This document shows positions 47,790 through 58,832 of a DNA stretch of 64,000 bases, in pieces. Numbering within the stretch: position 1 is the first letter of the stretch; each line of letters begins with the position of its first letter. The position numbers and the translations under genes were made by a program. The notes below the pieces were generated by a model. The model did not search any database. It had not been told where the DNA came from and saw only the letters and a program-made list of their open reading frames with translations. The stretch is taken from NCBI GenBank assembly GCA_043800255.1, contig JAZDNF010000013.1:64001-128000 (forward strand). The letters run 5' to 3'. The stretch is from Candidatus Altiarchaeota archaeon. Lineage in GTDB: Archaea > Altiarchaeota > Altiarchaeia > IMC4 > SCGC-AAA252-I15.

Positions 47790-49276
47790 AGAGAGAACAC
47801 ATCGCCCTACTAACGCTAGTTCTGCTGAACATTATCATCCGTTTTCCGATAACACCACATGAACTTGGCGTAGATTCCTTTGTAATCCATAATATGGCAA
47901 GCTCTATATTAGAATATGGTTATGCAAAATGGATCGTGCATCCACTATCTTTTTTTGGCTTATACGCCTACTCTTATGCTTCGGGGATACCGTATCTGTT
48001 GGCTATATGTTCACTACTAACTGGGCTAGAGATGGAGTTGACGATATACGGAGTCTCCTTATTGCTGGGGATTACAGGTATGTTTACTGCCTTTAGCCTG
48101 GCGGGAGAATTCGACAAAAGTTTTGTTTTCAGACTCATAGTGGCATTTATTTTCTCATTATCTCCACTGGCTCTGAAATTCACTATCTGGACTATTTCAA
48201 CAAGAGGTCCATTTATTATGCTGCTGCCCCTTTTGATCTGGTGCTTTTTGAGGATGTATAAGGAGTATGACCCCAGATACCTGACCACAAGCATGATATT
48301 CTTTATTTTATTGGCATCTACGCATAAGATGTTTGCGTTAATATTCTTGATAATTGGAGCGTATATTATTGCATTTTGGCTGTCAAAAATAACAAGAGGG
48401 GGTAACATGAAACATTCGATATACTTGTTCTCTTTTCTTTTCCTCTTTCTTTTTCTCATTCAGTTTTTTTTAAACGACGCTAGATGGGCGATAAGGTACA
48501 CCCCCTTCTTGGGGCGAGGATGGTATGACTATTTAATTGCTACTGTTTTTGAAATATCAGCAAGACTTGGTTTTTTAATGCCACTCACACTTATAGGATT
48601 GGTATATTTAGTATCTAGTGGAAATGGATCCAAAGAGTGTTGGTTTTTGATAATTGTTGTTTTAATATTCACGCCGTTACTAAATCAGGTCATGTACTTT
48701 TACCAAACACTCTTGCCCTTCTTTTCCATATTATCGGCTTTTGGAATTATTTATCTCCTCGGTATTTTGGATAGACTGATCAACCGACGGTATTCAATTA
48801 CCTTGATATTAATTGCCATCACTTGCTTTTCACTTTTTACCCTTATAGTGAGATACACAAACAAGGACCAGTACGGGTATAGTAATTACATGTTAAAATC
48901 AACTTATTCTTTAGCAGAGTTCATACAGAAGGATACAGAGGACAACATGATTTTTGGATCGGATATAGGTAGAGTATCTGCCTTTGTTACAAATCCAAGC
49001 CCCCCCATAGAAGAACCAGAATATTTTATTTATGATTTTTTAGATGAAAGAAATCTAAAAGTTATTAGAAAACCAATTCCTAGATCATTCAACGAGATTC
49101 TGAGTTTTGTAAGATACCCATACGGCGTTAAAAGACCAAGTTGGGGATATGAGGTAGAGTATATGTTAGGAAAAAAAGATGAACGAGTTAATTTTCCGGG
49201 TTACGATAGAGAAAATGTAGTATATGATAACGAGTTGGAGATCGTATGGGATTCTCAACGCAGCGATAGCATTTAA
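47786..49276 (+). CDS. Multi-pass membrane protein, probable GT-C glycosyltransferase
   Basis: About 12 TMs, G.DSF..H and HP loop motifs; glycan-locus context. Confidence 0.6.
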   Translation: MKREHIALLTLVLLNIIIRFPITPHELGVDSFVIHNMASSILEYGYAKWIVHPLSFFGLYAYSYASGIPYLLAICSLLTGLEMELTIYGVSLLLGITGMFTAFSLAGEFDKSFVFRLIVAFIFSLSPLALKFTIWTISTRGPFIMLLPLLIWCFLRMYKEYDPRYLTTSMIFFILLASTHKMFALIFLIIGAYIIAFWLSKITRGGNMKHSIYLFSFLFLFLFLIQFFLNDARWAIRYTPFLGRGWYDYLIATVFEISARLGFLMPLTLIGLVYLVSSGNGSKECWFLIIVVLIFTPLLNQVMYFYQTLLPFFSILSAFGIIYLLGILDRLINRRYSITLILIAITCFSLFTLIVRYTNKDQYGYSNYMLKSTYSLAEFIQKDTEDNMIFGSDIGRVSAFVTNPSPPIEEPEYFIYDFLDERNLKVIRKPIPRSFNEILSFVRYPYGVKRPSWGYEVEYMLGKKDERVNFPGYDRENVVYDNELEIVWDSQRSDSI

Positions 49277-49281
49277 CAAGG

Positions 49282-49881
49282 ATGATGGATGACTCAGAAA
49301 AACATAGGTTCGATAAGATTAGGGAGTTTGCGAGTAAACATGTTAGTAAAGACTCGCGTGTATTGAATGCTGGTTCGTCCGACGGACAAGTGCTCGACAA
49401 CCTCAGATTGGATAACGTAGTAAACGTCGATATCAGAAAAAATAACCTCAAAAATTTCATTTTGGGAGATTGCCACGAATTACCTTTTAAGGATGACATA
49501 TTCGACTTGTGCATATTCACGGAGGTTCTGGCTTTTGTTCAAGACCCACTCAGAGTTATCCGTGAAATCCAAAGAACAAGCAAAAAAGTTCTCGTTACAA
49601 GCCCTAACAATACAACACTCAGAAAAGGATTGTGGTTATTGCGAGGAAAGACGTACTGGAGATCTGGAAATGTCACTAAAAATGTTTTCTGGAGGGAGTA
49701 CAATTGGAACGAAACAAAAAAGATGTTTGAGGATAACGGATTCCAACTGGTTCACGGAGAGGGCATTGGTTTTATAATAGGCAAACCAAAATATCTACAT
49801 TTGGAGAGATTAGAAAACGTATATCCGAGATTACTATCGAGTAAGGTGTTAATGTTGTTTGAAAGGGAAAAATTATCTTGA
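49282..49881 (+). CDS. Class I SAM-dependent methyltransferase
   Basis: VLNAGSSDG, GDCHELPF.D..FD, TSPN. Confidence 0.8.
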   Translation: MMDDSEKHRFDKIREFASKHVSKDSRVLNAGSSDGQVLDNLRLDNVVNVDIRKNNLKNFILGDCHELPFKDDIFDLCIFTEVLAFVQDPLRVIREIQRTSKKVLVTSPNNTTLRKGLWLLRGKTYWRSGNVTKNVFWREYNWNETKKMFEDNGFQLVHGEGIGFIIGKPKYLHLERLENVYPRLLSSKVLMLFEREKLS

Positions 49882-50934
49882 ATGAAAACTGCGTTGATAA
49901 CAGGTATAACAGGACAGGATGGGGCATATCTGGCAAATTTTTTACTTGAACAGAGATATGAAGTGTATGGTACCTTTAGACGACTTTCCACACCTAATTT
50001 CTGGAGACTTCAATACCTAGATATATTCGACAAAGTTGGACTTATACCCGCAGACCTCATTGATTCTGCATCGCTTATAGAAGCTATAAAAATATCAAAG
50101 CCTGATGAGGTATACCATCTCGCTGCCCAGAGCTTTGTTGGAGCATCATTTGAGCAACCTGTTGGTGCAGGAAGTATAACTGGATTAGGAGTAACCAGAA
50201 TCCTTGAGGCCATAAGGGAGATAAATCCCAGAATAAAGTTTTACCAAGCATCTACAAGTGAGCTCTATGGAAAGGAAAATTCTAAACCCCAGGATGAGGA
50301 TACACCATTCAAACCTGCAAGCCCATATGCAGCAGCCAAACTTTACGCTTACTGGATTACGTCGATATATAGAAGAGGTTATGGGATATACGCATGCAAT
50401 GGCATACTCTTCAATCATGAATCACCATTAAGAGGATTGGAATTCGTGACAAGAAAGATAACTAACAGTGTAGCAAAGATATCTTTGGGCTTAGAGAAAA
50501 AACTCAAACTAGGTAACCTCAAGGCAAAAAGGGACTGGGGTTACGCTCCAGAGTATGTTGGGAGTATGTGGCTTATGTTACAGCAAAAACAACCAGACGA
50601 TTATGTGATAGCAACAAACGAAACACATTCTGTCAAAGAATTCGCTGAACGAGCATTTGACATTGTTGGTTTGGATTGGCAAGAACACATTGATATAGAT
50701 AAACGTTTCCTTAGACCACTTGACGTTGATGTTTTGCAGGGAGATTACTCTAAAGCAAAGAAAAAGTTGGGTTGGAGTCCAAAAGTGAAATTTAAGAAGC
50801 TGGTTGAGATTATGGTAAAAGAGGATTTAGGTAGATGGGAAAAATGGCAGAATGGTGAAAGATTTCCATGGGACGCACCAAATTACCCTAACGAATCAAG
50901 GATACTTTCTCGAAGTTTATCTCTAGACAGGTGA
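49882..50934 (+). CDS. gmd: GDP-mannose 4,6-dehydratase
   Basis: TGITGQDG, QASTSELYG, FNHESP.RG..FVTRK, RDWGYA. Confidence 0.96.
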   Translation: MKTALITGITGQDGAYLANFLLEQRYEVYGTFRRLSTPNFWRLQYLDIFDKVGLIPADLIDSASLIEAIKISKPDEVYHLAAQSFVGASFEQPVGAGSITGLGVTRILEAIREINPRIKFYQASTSELYGKENSKPQDEDTPFKPASPYAAAKLYAYWITSIYRRGYGIYACNGILFNHESPLRGLEFVTRKITNSVAKISLGLEKKLKLGNLKAKRDWGYAPEYVGSMWLMLQQKQPDDYVIATNETHSVKEFAERAFDIVGLDWQEHIDIDKRFLRPLDVDVLQGDYSKAKKKLGWSPKVKFKKLVEIMVKEDLGRWEKWQNGERFPWDAPNYPNESRILSRSLSLDR

Positions 50935-50943
50935 TCTTTGAGT

Positions 50944-51342
50944 ATGGACGTCGAAAAGATCGAACACGGGGGTAAGCTATTTGCCATTATCCTCAGAAAT
51001 GGTTTTGAGATGGATGGTGTAAATTTTTTGACTCCGAAGGATAATCCCTTACAACTTGGTATTCTAAAACACAGAAAAGGCCATGAGATTAGACCCCACA
51101 TACACAAAGAAAACGAAAGAATTATAAAAGATACTCAGGAAATCTTGTATATCGTTAGAGGGAATGTAAGAGTCAACTTCTATGACGATGAAAAGTTTGA
51201 AAGCACTATATTGAATGAAGGAGATGTCATTTTACTTCTCCAAGGAGGGCATGGCTTCGAAATTCTGGAAGATTCAAAGATAATCGAAATAAAGCAAGGA
51301 CCCTATATGAGTCCAGATGTTGACAAGAAACCGTTAAGATGA
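50944..51342 (+). CDS. Cupin-fold sugar isomerase-like protein
   Basis: PHIH, QEIL...G, GGHGF, EIKQGPY. Confidence 0.75.
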   Translation: MDVEKIEHGGKLFAIILRNGFEMDGVNFLTPKDNPLQLGILKHRKGHEIRPHIHKENERIIKDTQEILYIVRGNVRVNFYDDEKFESTILNEGDVILLLQGGHGFEILEDSKIIEIKQGPYMSPDVDKKPLR

Positions 51343-52436
51343 TACATGTTTGTGAGCCTACCATAGGTGAAGAAGAACTAGCAAATGTTGTTGATTGTAT
51401 AAAAACAAACTGGATTTCGTCCAAAGGCAAATACATCGAGGAATTCGAAAATAAATTTAGCAAATACTGCGGTGTCAAACACGGCGTAACAACAACAAAC
51501 GGTACCACTGCACTACATCTGGCAATTTCATCTTTGGGGATAGGAAAAGGCGATGAGGTCATTATGCCTACATTCACCATGATAGCCACAGCATTTGCCG
51601 TTACATATACTGGTGCTAAGCCGGTATTTGTTGACTCTGAGCCAGAAACATGGAATGTAGATGTTGAAAAAATTGAAGAGATGATAACAAACAAGACTAA
51701 AGCTATAATGCCAGTTCACATATACGGCCACCCCTGCGATATGGACAGTATAAGCGATATCGCAGACGACAATGACCTCTATGTGGTAGAAGACGCTGCT
51801 GAAGCCCATGGCGCTGAATACAAGGGAAGGAAGGTTGGAGGATTGAGCGATATTGGATGCTTTAGTTTCTACGCTAACAAGATTATTACAACGGGGGAGG
51901 GGGGGATGGTAGTAACCAACGATGAGGAATTGGTAGAAAGAGCAAGGGAGCTGAGGGATTTAGCACACTCCAAGAAAAAACGCTTTCTTCATGAGCGGGT
52001 AGGATACAACTACAGAATGACAAATGTACAGGCAGCTATCGGGGTGGCTCAAATGGAAAAAATAGAAAAGTTTGTCAACGCACGAAGAAATAATGCGAAC
52101 CGCTATAACTCCCTTTTAATAGGTATTAATGGGATAACCTTGCCACCGGAGAAACCTTGGGCAAAGAACGTATACTGGATGTACTCAATCTTGATAGACA
52201 AAGAAAAGTTTGGCATTAGTAGAGACGAACTTATGATGAAACTAGAGGATAAAGGAGTAGGTACCAGGGCTTTTTTTGTGCCAATGCATAAACAACCGGT
52301 ATATGATAAGGCAAAGGGTCAATTTCCAGTCTCTGAGCGTCTTGCAGAAAATGGCCTCTATTTACCATCTAGTTCTAAGTTAACTGAGAAAGAGATAAGA
52401 TGGGTATGTGATGCTATCTCGTCTCTAAGCAGGTAA
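51339..52436 (+). CDS. DegT/DnrJ aminotransferase (GDP-perosamine synthase-like)
   Basis: NGTTALHLA, EDAAEAHG, SFYANKIITTGEGG, GYNYRM; follows gmd. Confidence 0.9.
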   Translation: MIHVCEPTIGEEELANVVDCIKTNWISSKGKYIEEFENKFSKYCGVKHGVTTTNGTTALHLAISSLGIGKGDEVIMPTFTMIATAFAVTYTGAKPVFVDSEPETWNVDVEKIEEMITNKTKAIMPVHIYGHPCDMDSISDIADDNDLYVVEDAAEAHGAEYKGRKVGGLSDIGCFSFYANKIITTGEGGMVVTNDEELVERARELRDLAHSKKKRFLHERVGYNYRMTNVQAAIGVAQMEKIEKFVNARRNNANRYNSLLIGINGITLPPEKPWAKNVYWMYSILIDKEKFGISRDELMMKLEDKGVGTRAFFVPMHKQPVYDKAKGQFPVSERLAENGLYLPSSSKLTEKEIRWVCDAISSLSR

Positions 52437-52450
52437 TTTGTAGGGATAAT

Positions 52451-53425
52451 ATGGGTGGCAATAAGAAAAAAATTGGTTGGATACAGAGCACTATGATAGC
52501 CTCAGGCGGCTTGGTCCATGATAAGAAAGTTATGGATATCCTATCACGGGAATTTGATTTAGAGGTCGTAGATGCTAGCATAAAAAACTACAAAAATTAC
52601 ATGTTTCCGAGAGTTATTTACGGGTTATCAAAAATCCAAGGAAAAAAGGATTTGTGGATTAGAGGATTTGAGGGAACCATATCGATGCCATTCGACAAGA
52701 CACACGGAAAAAATTTGGTATTAGTATATCACATAGATCGCTCTACCAGACCACTGTATGTGAGACCATTCTACTACATTATGGAAAAAATATTTTATAG
52801 AAATCTAAAGAAAGTTGAGGTGGTAGTAACTATATGTAAGGAATTTTACAACCAGTTCGGAGAGAAGGGCTTGAAGGATGTCAGGATAGTATACCCGGGT
52901 TACGATATCTCACAATTCAAATTTACTGATGATGAAGTGCAAGAATTTAAAAAGAGGTATGGTCTCTTGGAAAAACCTATAATCTACATAGGAAACTGCC
53001 AAAAGGCAAAAGGCGTGGTTGAATCATATGACGCGCTAAGATATATGGATGTTCATTTGGTTACTAGCGGGGATGAACGTGTGAGAATACCTGCACGCAA
53101 CCTGAATCTAAGCTACAGGGATTATCTATTGCTGCTTAGGGCATCATCGGTTGTAGTGGTGATGTCAAAGTTCTTGGAGGGTTGGCTGCTGACGGCACAT
53201 GAAGCAATGCTCTGCAAAACACCGGTTGTTGGTTCTCCGGGTTTGAGAGCGATACTTGAGGATGGCGGGCAGATAGTATGCGATGACTTTTCTAAACTTA
53301 GGCAGAATGTGGAATACCTTATGAAACATCCAGAAGTCGGTGAACGAGGATACGATTATGTCAAACAGTTCACTGATGAAAGATTTGAAAAGGAGTGGTT
53401 AGGACTTGTTAGAGAAGTTATATAA
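52451..53425 (+). CDS. GT4 glycosyltransferase
   Basis: KGV, EGW....EAMLC.TPVV (E-X7-E). Confidence 0.8.
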   Translation: MGGNKKKIGWIQSTMIASGGLVHDKKVMDILSREFDLEVVDASIKNYKNYMFPRVIYGLSKIQGKKDLWIRGFEGTISMPFDKTHGKNLVLVYHIDRSTRPLYVRPFYYIMEKIFYRNLKKVEVVVTICKEFYNQFGEKGLKDVRIVYPGYDISQFKFTDDEVQEFKKRYGLLEKPIIYIGNCQKAKGVVESYDALRYMDVHLVTSGDERVRIPARNLNLSYRDYLLLLRASSVVVVMSKFLEGWLLTAHEAMLCKTPVVGSPGLRAILEDGGQIVCDDFSKLRQNVEYLMKHPEVGERGYDYVKQFTDERFEKEWLGLVREVI

Positions 53426-53426
53426 G

Positions 53427-54605
53427 ATGAGAAAGTTGAACATTTTCATAATCTGGGGTAATTTTCCACCGGTGATTGGAGGAGGTTCCTCAAGAGGTTA
53501 TCGGGTTTTTAAAGAGCTAGCTAACAGAGGCCATAAAATAAATGTTTTTGTTGGGAAAATACCGGGTACACCATCCCATGAACGATTATCAAAAAACTTG
53601 GAGCTTTATAGAGTACCCCCCTCGTTCCATTATCCACTTAGGAAAGGTGTGTATGTTAGGATATTGAATCATTTCGTAATTCTGATCAGGTATCTGGCAT
53701 TATTTCCTCTATTAGTCTACTTACATCTAAGAGAACCGGCAAATCTGATGATTGTAGAAGCCACCAACTGGGAATTTAGCCCAAAAATTATGAAATTTCT
53801 AAAGATTAATACATTGATGATATCACCGTGGGTCATGTTTAAAAAGATATTTAGACTATCTGTGTTTGTTTATTTCACAAACATGTGGTATGCAAATGAG
53901 ATTCAGATTAAAGGGGAAGTAGATTACGCTGAAAGGATACTTATTGTGGATTCGTGGATGGAGAAAAGACTAGTTGAACTGGGAGTTAAGAAAGAGATAT
54001 TTTATGTCCCTGTTTGTATTGATAGCAACAAAAATAGGATTACGCCCGATAACAACATCGTGTTGTATGTGGGACGGCTTAGTAAGGAAAGGGGATGCGA
54101 TGTCTTGATAAAATCGATACCATACATCAAAGAAAAGATTAAAGATGTTGAGGTCGTGTTGGTGGGAGGGGGTGCGGAAAGAGAAAACTTAATGAAGCTT
54201 GCAGAAGATCTGGATGTAACTGAGAATTTAAAGTTCGTCCGAGAAGTTGATTCCCGCAAAATTGATTCTGTATACGCTTCCGTAAAACCAAAAGTACTTG
54301 TAAATCCTCTGAGATTGCCAGGGATAGGCAACACTACGATAGAAGCGTTGGCATATGGAATCCCAGTTATAAAATCAAAAATACCAGGATACGATGAACC
54401 TGTAATCGAAGAAGGAAAAAATGGATATCTCTTTAAACTTGATGACCCGGAAAATCTTGCGGAAAAGATAATTGCCACACTTAGAAACACTGGGAACTGG
54501 AGGGCACTCTCTGATAACGCATTAAAGACTAGTAAAGAGTTCGAACTTGAAAGGATTGTAGACAGGTTAGAACAAATCCTCCTAAGAGACTTTAATAGCC
54601 CATAG
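53427..54605 (+). CDS. GT4 glycosyltransferase
   Basis: FPPVIGG, YVGRL...RG, EALAYGIPVI. Confidence 0.82.
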   Translation: MRKLNIFIIWGNFPPVIGGGSSRGYRVFKELANRGHKINVFVGKIPGTPSHERLSKNLELYRVPPSFHYPLRKGVYVRILNHFVILIRYLALFPLLVYLHLREPANLMIVEATNWEFSPKIMKFLKINTLMISPWVMFKKIFRLSVFVYFTNMWYANEIQIKGEVDYAERILIVDSWMEKRLVELGVKKEIFYVPVCIDSNKNRITPDNNIVLYVGRLSKERGCDVLIKSIPYIKEKIKDVEVVLVGGGAERENLMKLAEDLDVTENLKFVREVDSRKIDSVYASVKPKVLVNPLRLPGIGNTTIEALAYGIPVIKSKIPGYDEPVIEEGKNGYLFKLDDPENLAEKIIATLRNTGNWRALSDNALKTSKEFELERIVDRLEQILLRDFNSP

Positions 54606-54629
54606 TTTTATTAATAAAGACTAAAAAAT

Positions 54630-56000
54630 ATGAACATTCTGATATTCCAGCCCCCTAAGGTTGACGGTATGTACGCCATACGGGAGGAATTTTGCCATGG
54701 TAAAACAGACCTTAAGGTAAATCCGTATGATATCGCAATACTCTCTTCGGTGTTCAAGGAGAACAATTTCAGGACACAGTTATATGATTGCCAAGGATTA
54801 GACTGGGGTGAAGAAGAACTTTTCAGTAAGATATCCAATTTTCAACCTGATTGGATTATAAGCCAGACATCGTTTGCATCATTTGGCGAAGACAACAGAT
54901 TATTCAACAAGATAAAGAAAACATTTGGAACAAAGGTTATATGCAACTTCAATCCGCCGCTTACAAAAGGAATGGCGGAGATATTTTTTAGTCATTCCGA
55001 TGTCGATTATGTCACAATAGATGAGCCGTATTACTCACCTTTTGAACTGGTACTCAAAGACAAAAAGGATGGATTTGCATATAAAAAAGAGGGGGAAGTA
55101 GTCTACAATCGTAAAAAAAATCTTATGGAAATTAGCAGACTACCGATTCCAGACTATTTATCACTTCCGATGCACGTCTACGACAAGGTGTTCATCAATA
55201 GCATTCGCGATTGCCCTTTTCCATGCACCTTCTGCACGCAGTACTCGACCAAGAGGTTTAAAAAACGCGGCTACTATTCTGCAGAGCGCTTATTTAATGA
55301 GGTGGACATCATCAGGAAAAAATTCGATAAAAAACTTCTTTTAATTGCGGACTCAAACCCATTCTTGGATAAAGAGAGACTTCAACGATTCTGTGAACTT
55401 GTGATAGGAGCGAACTTAGATATTAAATGGGAGTGTAATGGACGTGTTGGTATGGTAGATCCTTTTCTCGTTCAACTTCTGAAAAAAGCGGGTTGCACGG
55501 ATATCGTTCTCGGCATAGAGTCTGGCTCAGATAAGATGCTGGATAGCATGAAGAAGGGTATTACCTCAGAGGAAGCTATAAAAACCGTCAATCTATTAAA
55601 AAATAGTAATATGTCAGTAGCATATCACATAGTCATAGGGTTCCCTGGGGAGACAAAGGAGACCATTAACGAGACAATAGAGTTCATAAATAAAACAAAG
55701 CCAGATAATTTTTCGGTCAATATTGCAACACCTTTTCCTGGAACGGAATTTTTCGATTACTGCATAAAAAGTGGATTGTGCTCGGAAAAAGAATTCTTTG
55801 ATAAAAAATTCGACCACCGAACAACGCCGTTAATCAAAAGTGATTTGAACCTCAACGGAGAAAAACAGAGGATAACTAGAACTTTGAAATTTAAGCCATG
55901 GTATATCAAAAATAAGTTATTGAGATGGATTAGGGGGGATTATCCGTATAGATTATCGAACCTTATTGAATCAGGGATAGACATCCTAAAGGGCCAGTAG
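54630..56000 (+). CDS. B12-binding-type radical SAM protein
   Basis: RDCPFPCTFC, GIESGS, IGFPGET, ATPFPGT. Confidence 0.85.
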   Translation: MNILIFQPPKVDGMYAIREEFCHGKTDLKVNPYDIAILSSVFKENNFRTQLYDCQGLDWGEEELFSKISNFQPDWIISQTSFASFGEDNRLFNKIKKTFGTKVICNFNPPLTKGMAEIFFSHSDVDYVTIDEPYYSPFELVLKDKKDGFAYKKEGEVVYNRKKNLMEISRLPIPDYLSLPMHVYDKVFINSIRDCPFPCTFCTQYSTKRFKKRGYYSAERLFNEVDIIRKKFDKKLLLIADSNPFLDKERLQRFCELVIGANLDIKWECNGRVGMVDPFLVQLLKKAGCTDIVLGIESGSDKMLDSMKKGITSEEAIKTVNLLKNSNMSVAYHIVIGFPGETKETINETIEFINKTKPDNFSVNIATPFPGTEFFDYCIKSGLCSEKEFFDKKFDHRTTPLIKSDLNLNGEKQRITRTLKFKPWYIKNKLLRWIRGDYPYRLSNLIESGIDILKGQ

Positions 56001-56017
56001 TTGTAAATCGAACGTAA

Positions 56018-57031
56018 ATGAAAAGAAAAAAGATTTTGTTTGTTAGAACATCGGCCGATGTAAATGCGCCTTTTGTTCAGAATGATATTGACTTATTGAG
56101 AAAGCATTTTGATATAAGAATCGTTGATTTTATTTTTACAAAAAAAAATCTAAAAGGGACTCTAGAGGGTATAGTAACCTTGATTGCAGGGGTTTTTTGG
56201 TCAGACTTAACGTTCTCTTGGTTTGCCAGTACTCATGCGTATATGGCTATTTGGTTGTCGAAATTGTTCAGGAAGAAAGCCGTTGTAGTGGTTGGTGGGC
56301 TCGAAGTGGCAAAAATACCAGACATAAATTACGGCTTTTTGTTAAACCCTAAATCTGCTCGTATGGTGAAATTCATATTGGAGAATGCAGACCGGGTGTT
56401 AACAGTTGATGACGGATTAAAAATAGACGCTATCAAAAATGTCGGCGTAAATGGGAGTAGTATTCAAACAGTGGCTCTAGGATTTAATCATGAAAAGTTT
56501 AAACCGGGTGACGAGAAAGGAAAGTTGGTGATAACGGTTTCCAAATGTGAAAATTGGGGGACGGTTAGATTGAAGGGGTTGGACACTTTTGTAGAATCGG
56601 CGAAATTCCTACCTAAAGTGAGATTCGTAGTGATTGGAATTGAAGGGGATGCCTTAACAAAACTGAAGAATATTGCTCCGCCGAATGTTGAATTAATTGG
56701 TTACATAAATCAAAAAAGACTAGGGGATTATTACCAAAAAGCAAAGGTTTATTGTCAGCTTTCGTTGCGTGAGGCATTTGGATGTTCTTTAGGTGAGGCA
56801 ATGCTTTGTGGGTGCGTGCCTGTTGGCACAAACGCACAGGGGGTAAAAACGTTGATAGGCGATACAGGCTTTTATGTTCCTTACGATAATCCAAAAGTGA
56901 CTGCAGATGCAATAGAAAAGGCATTATATTCAGAAAAAGGAAGGATTGCCAGGAATAGGATTAAGGTAAAATTTACTCTTGAGAGGAGAGAAAAAGAGTT
57001 GATAACCGTAATTGATAATCTGTTGAAATAA
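56018..57031 (+). CDS. GT4 glycosyltransferase
   Basis: LKG, EAFGCSLGEAMLCG. Confidence 0.85.
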   Translation: MKRKKILFVRTSADVNAPFVQNDIDLLRKHFDIRIVDFIFTKKNLKGTLEGIVTLIAGVFWSDLTFSWFASTHAYMAIWLSKLFRKKAVVVVGGLEVAKIPDINYGFLLNPKSARMVKFILENADRVLTVDDGLKIDAIKNVGVNGSSIQTVALGFNHEKFKPGDEKGKLVITVSKCENWGTVRLKGLDTFVESAKFLPKVRFVVIGIEGDALTKLKNIAPPNVELIGYINQKRLGDYYQKAKVYCQLSLREAFGCSLGEAMLCGCVPVGTNAQGVKTLIGDTGFYVPYDNPKVTADAIEKALYSEKGRIARNRIKVKFTLERREKELITVIDNLLK

Positions 57032-57053
57032 CTCGAACACAGGTTATGATTTT

Positions 57054-57986
57054 TCAGCTGAATAATCGCGTTTTAATTGATTTTAGTCTGTTATAATCGA
57101 ATTTAAACAGAGTCCAGAGATAAAATGTCCACAGTATATTTACTAACCGGTAGTGTCTGATACTGTAAGCAAGATATTTTTTCAGATCACCATATGCTTC
57201 CGATTTATCTGATTTTTTCCAATGATATTTTGCAGACATTGGATATAGGCTATGCGCTATATCATCAAGTTTAGTCTTGTTGGATACTAGCGGATCACTG
57301 ACGATAGAGAATAGAACATTCTGCCTAATTTTTCCAAAATTTATCTCTCTGCTCATCATCCCTGAGTGCTCTCTATACATAGCCAGAGGTTCTGCTATAT
57401 AACCTATTTTGTAGTGTAATGATGCTCTTAGTAAAAATTCATAATCCTCCGCAGGTCGTATGTGATGTCTTTCGTTAAAAAATCCAACAGTATCAATGAC
57501 CTTACGTCTCATGAAAACTGTAAGGACAGGGATGAAATCACCCTCCAAGAGGCTCTCAAAAAGTTCTCCTTCTTGGGAATGTGTTTTTCCCAGGATCACA
57601 CCCTTTTGATTCTCATTCTCATCGATTATCCATGCGTTTGAATAAACTAGACCGTACTCTGGATGTCTTTTGAGATATGCGAGTTGTTTTTCTAGTTTTT
57701 CAGGCATCCATAGATCATCAGAGTCACAAAATGCAATATAGTCGCCTTCGGCCTTTTTCATGCCATAGTTTAAATTTATTGCAAGTATGCCATTATTGGC
57801 ATTTTTGAAGTATCTAATTCTTTTGTCAGCAAAAGATTTCACAACGGACTCAGTATCATCAGTTGAGAAATTGTCAACAATTATCAACTCAAAATCTCTA
57901 AAAGTCTGAGTCAATATTGAATCTATCATTTTCTTCAACAGCTTTGATCGGTTATAGGTTATCGTAATGATACTTGCCTTCACCAT
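57054..57986 (-). CDS. GT2 glycosyltransferase
   Basis: TYNR, VDNFSTD, FCDSDDLW.PEKLEKQ, EDY. Confidence 0.9.
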   Translation of the reverse strand: MVKASIITITYNRSKLLKKMIDSILTQTFRDFELIIVDNFSTDDTESVVKSFADKRIRYFKNANNGILAINLNYGMKKAEGDYIAFCDSDDLWMPEKLEKQLAYLKRHPEYGLVYSNAWIIDENENQKGVILGKTHSQEGELFESLLEGDFIPVLTVFMRRKVIDTVGFFNERHHIRPAEDYEFLLRASLHYKIGYIAEPLAMYREHSGMMSREINFGKIRQNVLFSIVSDPLVSNKTKLDDIAHSLYPMSAKYHWKKSDKSEAYGDLKKYLAYSIRHYRLVNILWTFYLWTLFKFDYNRLKSIKTRLFS

Positions 57987-58008
57987 TTTCCGTCATTAGA
58001 ACTTTAAC

Positions 58009-58812
58009 TCAGCACTCGCATATTGCAACATATTTATAAGGTTCAACAGAAGTCTCTCGAATCAAATTCACGCCAGCTTCTTTATAAAGCCTTCTAAGCT
58101 CACTATGACTTCTGGCATAACCATGAAATTTTCCTCCGTAACTGGAGCCTACTGGCTTGATTTTATTTAGGATACCCTTGGTTATTGGGATTTTTCGGAG
58201 TCTGCTAACGATGGAAGATCTAATATCTCTGATGAACATCTTCGGGAGGTCACTAGTTGGGATATAACCAGCATAGAAATCGATAATCTGCCTCACGCCT
58301 GTCCTCTTAAGTCCTCTAAACAAGTTTATGAATTGCACATCATCCATAACATATGCAGACCCAAAGAACACTGCAACGTCAAAATCAACGCCAGATTTTT
58401 TCTGCAACTCGGTAATATCATCATTGAAGAAATCAAATTTCAAGGGAATAATCGATGGAAAGTGTAATTTAGCCTTTTCGATATAGAATGAGTTAAAATC
58501 TGCCGCAATGACTTTAGAATCCTCAGGAAGTGCGCACTTTAGAAGGTATTCAAGAACGCAGGGTCCAGCCCCAAGGGATAGGATATTTTTGAATCTCTCA
58601 TCGTTTAAATGCTGTATCAGAAAACCTAATGCGGGAAGCTTTATTGCATTTTGAGAAAGGTACCAGCGTAAGAGCGACTCTCTTGTTTTGAATTCTTTGC
58701 TCTGTTCTTGTTTGGTAATCCATGACAACTCTTCGGAGGTGAATCGTTCCGTACTGTCAATTTTCTTAAGCAATTCAAGGTTGTGTGATTTTGTATATTG
58801 TTTGTATTTCAT
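58009..58812 (-). CDS. Putative SAM-dependent methyltransferase
   Basis: ILSLGAG motif I, acidic residue in VIAADFN. Confidence 0.6.
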   Translation of the reverse strand: MKYKQYTKSHNLELLKKIDSTERFTSEELSWITKQEQSKEFKTRESLLRWYLSQNAIKLPALGFLIQHLNDERFKNILSLGAGPCVLEYLLKCALPEDSKVIAADFNSFYIEKAKLHFPSIIPLKFDFFNDDITELQKKSGVDFDVAVFFGSAYVMDDVQFINLFRGLKRTGVRQIIDFYAGYIPTSDLPKMFIRDIRSSIVSRLRKIPITKGILNKIKPVGSSYGGKFHGYARSHSELRRLYKEAGVNLIRETSVEPYKYVAICEC

Positions 58813-58832
58813 GGCCGACAGAAAATAGGGAT

